In this document: positions 55,760 to 64,000 of the stretch, in pieces
Numbering within the stretch: position 1 is the first letter of the stretch
Layout of the letters: each line of letters begins with the position of its first letter
Assembly: GCA_018897105.1 (NCBI GenBank)
Contig: JAHILF010000007.1
Coordinates: 14,763 to 78,762, forward strand
Source of the DNA: Pseudomonadota bacterium
Lineage (GTDB): Bacteria > Desulfobacterota > Desulfobulbia > Desulfobulbales > SURF-16
Direction of reading: 5' to 3'
Length of the DNA stretch: 64,000 nt
Program-made: the position numbers and the translations under genes
Notes under the pieces: model-generated
Database searches by the model: none
What the model was told of the DNA's origin: nothing
The model's input: the letters and a program-made list of their open reading frames with translations, nothing else

Positions 55760-58700
55760 ATGAACACCAATGAACTGAAAAAATTTGCCCAGGCTGCCCG
55801 CAGACAATTAATGGAACAGGTCGGAGCACGACTGAAGCTTGTTTTGTTAATGGATAGTGCCGAGATCCGTGAGAAGGAAAAGGTGGTCAAGGATCTGCAG
55901 GAGCAGATTGGCAAGACTTCTAAGGATGCGGTGATCGAACGGGTGGCCTATATCTGGTTCAACCGTTTCTGTGCGCTCCGGTTCATGGATGTCAATCGTT
56001 ATACCAAAATCGGAACGGTGAGCCCGGCTGAGGGCTTTTCCCAGCCCGAGATCCTCCAGGACGCCAAGCAGGGCCATATTGATGATGAGTTGCAGGTGGA
56101 CAGGGAAAAGGTCCTGCATCTCCTTGGCGGTCAGGCCAAGGCCACTGATCCCCAGCAGGAGGCCTACCGGCTGCTGCTGGTGGCGGTCTGCAACAGCTAT
56201 CATCAGTTGATGCCCTTCATGTTTGAGCGGATTGCCGATTATACCGAGCTGTTGATGCCGGATGACCTGCTTTCGGAGAATTCCATTCTCCAGGCCGTGC
56301 GCGGGGCCTTGACCGCAGTGAGCTGCCAGGATGTCGAGGTGATCGGCTGGCTTTACCAGTTCTATATCTCCGAGAAGAAGGATCAGGTCTTTGCAGGCCT
56401 GAAGAACAACAAGAAGATCACCCCGGAAAATATTCCGGCCGCTACCCAGCTCTTTACTCCGCACTGGATCGTCCGTTACCTGGTAGAAAACTCCCTGGGC
56501 AGGTTGTGGCTGCTCAACCGGCCTGATTCCCAGCTCGCCGGGCAGATGGATTATTACATCAGACCGGAGGAGCCGGAAACCGACTTCCTCAAGATCAACT
56601 CACCCGAAGAAATAAAAATCTGCGACCCGGCCTGCGGTAGCGGCCACATGCTCACCTATACCTTTGACCTGCTTTCTGCCATTTATGAGGAAGAGGGCTA
56701 TGACGCCAAGGATATTCCAAATCTGATTTTAACGAAGAACCTCTATGGCATCGAGATTGACGAACGGGCCGGTGAGTTGGCAGCCTTTGCCTTGACCATG
56801 AAGGCAAGGGCGAAGTACCGTCGTTTTTTCCGGAAATCTGTGCAGCCCAATATCTGTGTTCTGGAGAATATCGTTTTTTCAGAAGATGAGCTTAAGCCTT
56901 ATATAGACGCGGTTGGCCGGGATCTGTTCACCATGAATCTGCAGACCACGCTCCATCAGTTCCAGGAGGCGGATAATTTCGGTTCCTTGATTCGACCGGA
57001 GGTGACCGATGTGACTCATATCAGACGGATTATTGACGAGAAAAGACTTGGTTCAAAGCTCTTTTTGGCACAGACGCATCCCAAGGTTTTAAGGGCGTTG
57101 GAGCAGGCCGATTATCTCAGCCAGAAATACCATGTGGTGCTTGCCAATCCGCCGTATATGGGTGGCAAAGGTATGAATGGAAGGCTTGGGGCATGGGCAA
57201 AGGATAATTACCCGGCCAGCAAGTCTGATCTCTTTGCCATGTTTATTGAACGTAATCTTGATTTGGTTCAAAAGCGGGGCATGGTAGCCATGATCACCAT
57301 GCAGAGCTGGATGTTTCTATCGTCCTTTGAAAAACTACGGGCTCGGCTGCTCGGTGAGAATACCATCCTTTCTATGGCTCACCTTGGAGCCAGGGCATTT
57401 GATAGTATCGGTGGAGAGGTCGTTTCAACTACGGCTTTCGTTATAGAAAATGTAAATCGACCTGAATATAAAGGGGGCTATTTGCGGTTGGTTGATGGTA
57501 ATTCGGAAGCAGAAAAAGAAGCTGCCATCCATGAAAGCATTACAAATCTAAACTGCGGGTGGCTTTATCGTGCCTCTGCCGCAGAGTTCAAGAAAATCCC
57601 CGGTAGTCCCATCGCATATTGGGTGAGTGATAACTTGCTAAATTCGTTTTCATTTGATGCGAACGTCGGAGTCATAGCTAAACCAAGGCAAGGTATGGCC
57701 ACAACAAACAATAATCTTTTTCTGCGTTTTTGGAGTGAAGTTAATCTGAAGAAAATCGGCTTTGAATGTGAGTCAGAAGATGAGGCGCACGAGAGTGGAA
57801 AAAAATGGTTCCCATACAATAAAGGAGGACCTCTAAGAAAATGGTATGGCAATTATTTTCATGTAGTAAATTTCAAGAACAGAGGAGAGGTAATTTGCAA
57901 CTATATTGATAATACTCCGGGAGCTCGAGTAGGTTCCAATGGACGAGTAATTAACCGTGAGTTCTATTTCAAGCCTGGGATTACATGGTCTGATATCACT
58001 ACTGATAGTTTTGCTGCAAGGGTTAGTCCCCGTGGATTTATTTTTGATATTAAGGGGTCATCTGGATTTCCTAGTCTTGATAATCGGTATTCTGTTTTGG
58101 GTTTACTTTCAAGCAAACTCACACCAATTTACATGAAGGTTCTTAATCCAACATCAACTTTTCAAGTTGGTGATATTTCTAGAATTCCTTATCAGCACAC
58201 TAATGTTAATAATATTATTGACAGTCTTGTACAAACAAGCACGAAAGATTGGGACTCCTACGAAACCTCTTGGGACTTCACGAGGTTTCCGCTCTTACAT
58301 CCCGATACCCGCCAGCCAACCCTGAAGACTACCTACCAGAAACTTCGCGACCACTGGCAGGAGATGACGTTGGACATGCAGCGACTGGAGGAAGAGAACA
58401 ACCGTATCTTTATCGACGCCTACGGCCTGCAGGATGAGCTGACGCCAGAGGTGCCGCTCAGCGAAATCACCCTGACCTGCAACCCCCATTACCGCTACAG
58501 CGGCGACAAGAGCGACGAAGAGCTGGAGGCCTTGTTGCTGGACGACACCCTGAAGGAATTTCTCTCCTATGCGGTGGGCTGCATGTTTGGCCGCTATTCC
58601 CTGGACAAGCCGGGCCTGATTTTGGCCAACCAGGGGCAAACTATCGAGGATTATCTGCAGCAGATCCCGGAACCGAGCTTCCCACCCGACAAAGATAACG

Positions 58701-59266
58701 TCATCCCCATCCTCGACCAGGACTGGTTCATCGACGACATCACCTCCCGCTTCAACGAATTCCTCAAGGTCACCTTTGGTCAGGATCATTACGAGGAAAA
58801 TCTGAAATTCATTAAAGAGTCCATCGGCAAGGACATCCGCAAATATTTCCTCAATGATTTCTACAAAGACCACCTGAAAACATACAAAAAACGCCCCATC
58901 TACTGGCTCTTCTCAAGCCCCAAGGGCAGTTTCAACGCCCTCATCTACATGCACCGCTATCGCCCGGATACCGTTTCCATCGTGCTTAACGATTACCTGC
59001 GGGAGTTTCACACCAAACTCATCTCCCGTCGTGCACACCTTGAGGCCATCAGCATCAGTGCCTCCGCCTCCCAGACTGAAAAAACCAAGGCCCTCAAAGA
59101 AATAGAAAAACTCAAGAAAATCATCGCGGAACTGGATGATTACGAACGAGACATCCTCTATCCCCTTGCCACCCAGAAAATCGAAATCGACCTCGATGAC
59201 GGCGTAAAAGTGAATTACCCTAAATTTGGCAAGGCGTTAAAAGCATTGCCGGGGTTAAGCGAATGA
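55760..59266 (+). CDS. pglX: BREX N6-adenine DNA methyltransferase PglX
   Basis: 1168 aa. AdoMet motif ICDPACGSGHML and catalytic NPPYMGGKG (aa ~463). N-terminal ..AYIWFNRFCALRFMD.. is typical of PglX/type IIG-like enzymes. Confidence 0.9.
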   Translation: MNTNELKKFAQAARRQLMEQVGARLKLVLLMDSAEIREKEKVVKDLQEQIGKTSKDAVIERVAYIWFNRFCALRFMDVNRYTKIGTVSPAEGFSQPEILQDAKQGHIDDELQVDREKVLHLLGGQAKATDPQQEAYRLLLVAVCNSYHQLMPFMFERIADYTELLMPDDLLSENSILQAVRGALTAVSCQDVEVIGWLYQFYISEKKDQVFAGLKNNKKITPENIPAATQLFTPHWIVRYLVENSLGRLWLLNRPDSQLAGQMDYYIRPEEPETDFLKINSPEEIKICDPACGSGHMLTYTFDLLSAIYEEEGYDAKDIPNLILTKNLYGIEIDERAGELAAFALTMKARAKYRRFFRKSVQPNICVLENIVFSEDELKPYIDAVGRDLFTMNLQTTLHQFQEADNFGSLIRPEVTDVTHIRRIIDEKRLGSKLFLAQTHPKVLRALEQADYLSQKYHVVLANPPYMGGKGMNGRLGAWAKDNYPASKSDLFAMFIERNLDLVQKRGMVAMITMQSWMFLSSFEKLRARLLGENTILSMAHLGARAFDSIGGEVVSTTAFVIENVNRPEYKGGYLRLVDGNSEAEKEAAIHESITNLNCGWLYRASAAEFKKIPGSPIAYWVSDNLLNSFSFDANVGVIAKPRQGMATTNNNLFLRFWSEVNLKKIGFECESEDEAHESGKKWFPYNKGGPLRKWYGNYFHVVNFKNRGEVICNYIDNTPGARVGSNGRVINREFYFKPGITWSDITTDSFAARVSPRGFIFDIKGSSGFPSLDNRYSVLGLLSSKLTPIYMKVLNPTSTFQVGDISRIPYQHTNVNNIIDSLVQTSTKDWDSYETSWDFTRFPLLHPDTRQPTLKTTYQKLRDHWQEMTLDMQRLEEENNRIFIDAYGLQDELTPEVPLSEITLTCNPHYRYSGDKSDEELEALLLDDTLKEFLSYAVGCMFGRYSLDKPGLILANQGQTIEDYLQQIPEPSFPPDKDNVIPILDQDWFIDDITSRFNEFLKVTFGQDHYEENLKFIKESIGKDIRKYFLNDFYKDHLKTYKKRPIYWLFSSPKGSFNALIYMHRYRPDTVSIVLNDYLREFHTKLISRRAHLEAISISASASQTEKTKALKEIEKLKKIIAELDDYERDILYPLATQKIEIDLDDGVKVNYPKFGKALKALPGLSE

Positions 59267-60678
59267 ATATAAATGAGTTAAAAAAACAGGTCTCTCTTGG
59301 TGAAGACAGCCGCTGGCAATTCAAGGCGGATGTGCACAACGCTGATTCATTGGCTGCCGAGCTGGCTGCTTTTGCCAATAGTGAGGGCGGCGCCATTTTC
59401 ATTGGAGTGGCGGATGATGGCTCGTTGCCGGGATTATCAAGTAAAGATGTAAACCGCATTAATCAATTGATCAGCAATACAGCCAGCCAGCATGTGCGGA
59501 GCCCGCTGACCGTACAGACCGAGAATATCCCTGCCGGCAACGACAGAATTATTATTGTTCTGACAATACCCAAGGGAATCGACAAACCCTATTTTGATAA
59601 AAACGGGGTCATCTGGCTGAAAAGCGGATCGGATAAACGGCGGGTAAATTCCAAGGAAGAACTGCGCCGTCTCTTTCAAAGCGTGGATCAATTCCACGCT
59701 GATGAATTGCCCACCAAGGCTGGTATCGATAAGCTTGACAAACTCCGGTTCAGGGACTTCTTGCGAGACATCTACCACCAGGAGTTTCCCGAAGATCCCC
59801 AGAGCCTGACCCGGCTCCTGCAGAATATGAATCTAGCGGCAGATAACGGGATGTTGAACCTTGCCGGAGTCTTGCTGTTTGCGGAAAAGCCGGAGTGGAT
59901 TAAACCGCAATTCATAGTCAAAGCGATCCGTTATCCAGGCAATGATATTCATTCTACAACATATTTGGATACGGAAGATTTTTCCGGACCACTGGCAAAA
60001 GTATTCGATGATTCACTCGCCTTTGTCATGCGAAACCTTCACAAAATCCAAGCCGGGCGAGGGGTAAATGCACCAGGCATCCCTGAAATTCCGGAGTCGG
60101 TTTTTGAAGAACTTCTGGTTAACGCCCTGGTTCACCGTGATTACTTGATCAGCGCTCCGATCCGCTTGTTTATATTCGACAACCGCATTGAGATTACCAG
60201 CCCCGGCCACCTGCCAAACAATCTGACAGTGGAAAAAATTCTGGCAGGCAACTCCAATATCCGTAATCCAATACTGGTTTCATATATTGCGAAAGGACTG
60301 CTGCCCTATAAAGGCATCGGTTCAGGGATCAGAAGGGCATTAGACGATTGGCAGAAAATTGATTTTATGGATGATCGTGAAGGATGTCTTTTCACCGTAA
60401 CAGTTCACCGAACCGCGGAGAAAGGTTCGGGGAAAGCCGTTCTTTCCCATGAAAAAATAGCCTTACAGCTAGAAAGTTCGGGGAAAAGTTCGGGGAAAAG
60501 TTCGGGGAAAATATTGGAACTGCTTACCGATACCCCGGATATGACAATCCCGCAACTGGCACAGGAGCTCGGATTAAGCACCAGAGCCGTTGAAAAACAG
60601 ATTGCCAAGTTACAGAAAGACAACCAGCTAAAACGGATCGGACCGGCAAGAGGCGGCCATTGGCAAGTTAATAAATAA
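59263..60678 (+). CDS. COG2865-type protein: AlbA_2 (Schlafen-related) N-terminal domain + HATPase_c_4-like domain + C-terminal winged HTH
   Basis: EDSRWQFKADVHNADSLAAELAAFANSEGGAIFIGVADDGS (AlbA_2). ELLVNALVHRDYLISAPIRLFIFDNRIEITSPGHLP...NIRNPILVSYIAKGLLPYKGIGSGIRR (HATPase_c_4). C-terminal IPQLAQELGLSTRAVEKQIAKLQK (wHTH). ATGA overlap with the pglX stop. Confidence 0.75.
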   Translation: MNINELKKQVSLGEDSRWQFKADVHNADSLAAELAAFANSEGGAIFIGVADDGSLPGLSSKDVNRINQLISNTASQHVRSPLTVQTENIPAGNDRIIIVLTIPKGIDKPYFDKNGVIWLKSGSDKRRVNSKEELRRLFQSVDQFHADELPTKAGIDKLDKLRFRDFLRDIYHQEFPEDPQSLTRLLQNMNLAADNGMLNLAGVLLFAEKPEWIKPQFIVKAIRYPGNDIHSTTYLDTEDFSGPLAKVFDDSLAFVMRNLHKIQAGRGVNAPGIPEIPESVFEELLVNALVHRDYLISAPIRLFIFDNRIEITSPGHLPNNLTVEKILAGNSNIRNPILVSYIAKGLLPYKGIGSGIRRALDDWQKIDFMDDREGCLFTVTVHRTAEKGSGKAVLSHEKIALQLESSGKSSGKSSGKILELLTDTPDMTIPQLAQELGLSTRAVEKQIAKLQKDNQLKRIGPARGGHWQVNK

Positions 60679-60747
60679 AGTATTCAGTAAGCAGTTGTCA
60701 GTTTTCATCAACTGCACACTGAAGACTGACAACTGATAACTTTTTAT

Positions 60748-63243
60748 ATGAGCAATATACAAGACCCCCTTACACGACTCTTCAAGAAACACCGCATCGT
60801 CTTCTGGTATGATACAGATAAAGATCTGCGTGCCGATTATGAATCTCTTGATTTGCCCAGTATCGAAAAAATCGAACTGGACAATAACGAATTTAACGTC
60901 AAGCACCGAATTCTGCGGGATGAATCAAATACACAGTTTCTTCTTTACCATGAGGGGCCGCAACCTGCTGATCTGGAGAATTGGCTCCTCGATGTCCTGT
61001 TGTCCCAAGGTGAATTCCGTACCGATCAGGCATCCATATTTCTTGGTGAGCTTGGGCTTGGCCCCGAGTTCAGCGATCTGGTTCGTGGCCACCTGGAATT
61101 CTTTAATAATGCCAAGCGCAGGGAAAAGCTTAAAGAATTGTTGAGGCCTGACGACACTCCAGGGACAATCCGTACAAAAATGCTTGCTGTTTGCAGTTGT
61201 GCCGAACCTCGGGTTGATGTTATCTTGGAAAATTTCCTTGGTGAACTGGCGAGTAATCAAGACGAGAAGTTTAATCTCATCCAGCGATGCGGGCTTGATG
61301 GCTTTCTCTGGGAACAGTTGAACCGTTATTACGGCTATGAATCGACGACAAAATCCATCCGTGATTTTGTCATCGAGCTGTTTGAGTCATGCTACAGAAT
61401 GGAGCTTAACCAGCCCGCGGCCCTGAACAGTGAGGCCGTTATTTTCCTTAAGCGCTGGAAGGATTCCACCCGGCATCGTTCCTCCTTTGAGTCACTTTCC
61501 GAAGAGTGTGCTGATGCCCTCAGCATTGAGCATGATCTGCAGAATCGCGATTATAAATCATTGATAGATGTTGATTATTTCCGTCTGATTGATCTGAAAA
61601 TCATCAGAGAGCTGGTGCGCTCCATTGCTGACAGGACGCTGAGTACAGGCGAGTGTGCTGTTTTTATCAGAAACAGACGTCAGAGCCACTGGTATCAGGA
61701 ATATAGCCATCATTATGAGTCGGTTGAATATGCAGCCAGGTTTATCCAGGAACTAGAAACCGTGAATCTCCAGGCAAATACTTTGTCTACAGGAATAGAT
61801 CGTTACAGTAATGCCTGGTATCGTGTGGACCAGCTCTACAGAAAATTCATCTATCATTCCAGGAAATCCGGTCAGGCATCTTTACTGGAAAAGCTTTCCG
61901 GCCAGATAGAAGATCTTTACACCAACAGTTTTCTCCTACAGATGAATGATAACTGGCAGCAAGTGGTGGATGCCTGTCAAAGCTGGAAAAGTCCCCTTGT
62001 GCCCATGCAAAAAAGGTTTTACGAGAAATGGGTCAGCCCGTATCCAGCCAAAAACAAAAAGGTTTGCGTTATTATTTCAGACGCTCTGCGCTATGAGATT
62101 GGAGAAGAGCTCCTAAGGTTGATCCGCCGTGAAGATCGCTATGAAGCTCAGTTAGAACCAATGCTCGGTATGCTGCCGAGTTTTACCCAGCTCGGTATGG
62201 CTTCGCTTCTTCCCAATAAAGAGCTGCGTTTTGCAGATAAAGACTCTGCAACAATCCTTGTTGATGGTGTCAGTTCTCTGGGGACTGCAAATAGGTCAAG
62301 GATTCTTGGTAATTATGTTGTGGATGGCGCCACCGCCATTCGGGCTGATGATTTTCTTAATATGAACAAAGATGATTCCCGAGAGCTGTTTCGGGAGAAT
62401 AGTGTGGTTTATATCTATCATAACCGTATTGATGCCACCGGGGATAAGAAACAGACGGAAGAGCAGGTCTTTGAGGCAGTGGAGGAAACACTGCAGGAAC
62501 TGATTAAGGTGATAAAAAAACTCGCTACGGCTAATGCAACCAATATGCTTATCACCAGTGACCACGGCTTTATCTATCAGAACAAGCCGCTTGATGAGTC
62601 TGACTTTACTTCTGCAGAGCCTCAAGGTGAAATAATCTTACACCGGGATCGTCGTTTCATTGTGGGGAAAGGGTTACAGAAACATACGAGTCTGCGTTAT
62701 TTCACAGCAGAAGAACTTGGTCTTGCCGGCGATGTGGAGATCCAGATATCCAAATCCATTAATCGCATGAGGCTGAAAGGTTCCGGCAGCCGGTATGTTC
62801 ACGGCGGGGCATCCTTGCAGGAGGTTGTTTTACCTGTCCTTATGGTAAACAAGAAACGCCAAAGCGATGTGAGCAGTGTGGAAGTGGATATTTTACGCAG
62901 TGGCAGTACGGTTATCACCTCAAGCCAGCTGTCGGTTGCCTTCTATCAAATTGATCCTGTTACAGGGAAAAGACAGTCTCGAACATTACGTGCTGGAATA
63001 TATAATAAAGATGGTGAATTGATTTCAGACAGCCATGAGCTGATCTTTGATTTTACCTCGAATAAATCAAGGGAACGGGAGATACAGGTTCGTTTTCTTT
63101 TGACCAGAAACGCTGATGACGTAAACGGCCAGACTGTTACCTTGAAACTGGAAGAAAAACTGCCTGGAACTGCAAAATACAAGGGCTATAAGTCTGTCAG
63201 CTATACCATGCAGCGATCCTTCACCACAGATTTTGATTTTTAG
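60748..63243 (+). CDS. pglZ: BREX alkaline-phosphatase-like protein PglZ (type A)
   Basis: 831 aa. N-terminal ..KHRIVFWYDTDKDLRADYE.., central VCVIISDALRYEIGEEL and TSDHGF phosphatase-fold motifs. Confidence 0.9.
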   Translation: MSNIQDPLTRLFKKHRIVFWYDTDKDLRADYESLDLPSIEKIELDNNEFNVKHRILRDESNTQFLLYHEGPQPADLENWLLDVLLSQGEFRTDQASIFLGELGLGPEFSDLVRGHLEFFNNAKRREKLKELLRPDDTPGTIRTKMLAVCSCAEPRVDVILENFLGELASNQDEKFNLIQRCGLDGFLWEQLNRYYGYESTTKSIRDFVIELFESCYRMELNQPAALNSEAVIFLKRWKDSTRHRSSFESLSEECADALSIEHDLQNRDYKSLIDVDYFRLIDLKIIRELVRSIADRTLSTGECAVFIRNRRQSHWYQEYSHHYESVEYAARFIQELETVNLQANTLSTGIDRYSNAWYRVDQLYRKFIYHSRKSGQASLLEKLSGQIEDLYTNSFLLQMNDNWQQVVDACQSWKSPLVPMQKRFYEKWVSPYPAKNKKVCVIISDALRYEIGEELLRLIRREDRYEAQLEPMLGMLPSFTQLGMASLLPNKELRFADKDSATILVDGVSSLGTANRSRILGNYVVDGATAIRADDFLNMNKDDSRELFRENSVVYIYHNRIDATGDKKQTEEQVFEAVEETLQELIKVIKKLATANATNMLITSDHGFIYQNKPLDESDFTSAEPQGEIILHRDRRFIVGKGLQKHTSLRYFTAEELGLAGDVEIQISKSINRMRLKGSGSRYVHGGASLQEVVLPVLMVNKKRQSDVSSVEVDILRSGSTVITSSQLSVAFYQIDPVTGKRQSRTLRAGIYNKDGELISDSHELIFDFTSNKSREREIQVRFLLTRNADDVNGQTVTLKLEEKLPGTAKYKGYKSVSYTMQRSFTTDFDF

Positions 63244-63364
63244 ATCCTTTGAAAGGATAGCAAAAAAATGGAGACAACAAATATAAAGACTACAGCCCTG
63301 CCCGCCGCTGCTTTTCTGTGCTGTAAAGGGTCTTATCCTGTGTTTAGGGCTAAAGGAAATGTCC

Positions 63365-64000
63365 ATGAGTGAACTTGATAATAAAATTAACGAGCATTTC
63401 CCTGGGCTGGTTGTCCGCAAGGATCTGGTGAAAATCGTCAAAGGAAATGCCATTGTTCCCTCATACGTGCTTGAGTATCTGCTGGGCCAATACTGTGCCA
63501 CTGCTGATGAAGAGTCGATTAAAAGCGGTATTGACACGGTAAAGGAGATTCTACGTAAGCATTATGTTCATCGGAATGAAGCCGGGCTTGTTAAGTCTAT
63601 TATCAAGGAAAAGGGACGTCACAAGGTTATTGATAAGATCAGCGTTGCCTTGAATGATAAGGCAGGAGTCTATGAAGCAGCCTTTTCCAACCTGGGCGTG
63701 AAGAAAATTCTGGTGGACTCTAATACTATTAAAAAACATCCTAAACTGCTGGTAAGTGGCGTTTGGTGTATTGCTGATCTTGAGTATGAAGTTCTGGATG
63801 ATCCCAATGCCTCTCCCTGGGTGCTGAGCTCCATTAAACCAATCCAGTTATCCCATTTTGATTATGATGGCTACATTGAGGCCAGAAAGAAGTTTACAAC
63901 GGATGAGTGGATTGACCTGCTCATGCAGAGCATTGGCTTTAATCCTGAAATGTTTGGTAAACGTAGCAAATTATTACAGCTTGTCCGCCTGATCCCATAC
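63365..64000 (+). CDS. brxL: BREX Lon-like protease BrxL, N-terminal part (continues beyond the window)
   Basis: Absent from the ORF track because there is no stop. The ATG at 63365 opens MSELDNKINEHFPGLVVRKDLVKIVKGNAIVPSYVLEYLLGQYCATADEESIKSGIDTVKEILRKHYVHRNEAGLVKSIIKEKGRHKVIDKISV..., the conserved BrxL N-terminus. The frame is open for 212 codons to the window end. Confidence 0.85.
   Translation, partial: MSELDNKINEHFPGLVVRKDLVKIVKGNAIVPSYVLEYLLGQYCATADEESIKSGIDTVKEILRKHYVHRNEAGLVKSIIKEKGRHKVIDKISVALNDKAGVYEAAFSNLGVKKILVDSNTIKKHPKLLVSGVWCIADLEYEVLDDPNASPWVLSSIKPIQLSHFDYDGYIEARKKFTTDEWIDLLMQSIGFNPEMFGKRSKLLQLVRLIPY

Overview
The 64-kb window looks like part of an anaerobe chromosome, possibly Desulfobacterota/deltaproteobacterium-like. 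That placement is inferred only from gene content (rubrerythrin, many sigma-54/REC/PAS regulators) and is low confidence. It has three parts. (1) 1-46.3 kb is mostly core genes. These are a partial NUDIX hydrolase, two PilZ proteins, an MltD-like LysM transglycosylase, pepN, a MoaE-like ORF, efp-epmA, a ZIP transporter, a REC-pyruvate kinase fusion and an S8 protease with a dockerin-like tail. Rubrerythrin and a REC-TPR protein follow. Next is a Cus/Czc-type metal efflux operon (tolC-YHS-cusB-cusA) under an adjacent sigma-54 two-component system. After it come a family-4-like UDG, trmFO, an intergenic array of three hairpin-terminated sRNA-like units, and an RRM protein plus DEAD-box helicase. 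This part ends with a 1771-aa SSS-PAS-GAF hybrid histidine kinase and a complete che cluster (cheA-cheW-mcp-cheB-REC-cheR). (2) 46.3-50.7 kb is a junction littered with mobile-DNA scars. It holds group II intron domain V/VI remnants in a tandem arrangement and three MITE copies sharing the terminal inverted repeat CAATGTCRTTAACTTAA with 10-bp target duplications. Between them lie a T2SSE_N fragment, an MscS channel and a DUF481 barrel. (3) 50.7-64.0 kb is a lower-GC type 1 BREX phage-defence island: small HTH, brxA, brxB, brxC, pglX, an extra gene, pglZ, and brxL running off the window. The extra gene is a COG2865-type AlbA_2/Schlafen-like ORF translationally coupled to pglX. pglX also carries an internal low-GC cassette where a target-recognition module would sit. 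I recognised no rRNA, tRNA or CRISPR array. All calls rest on reading the sequence and translations; no database search was run.
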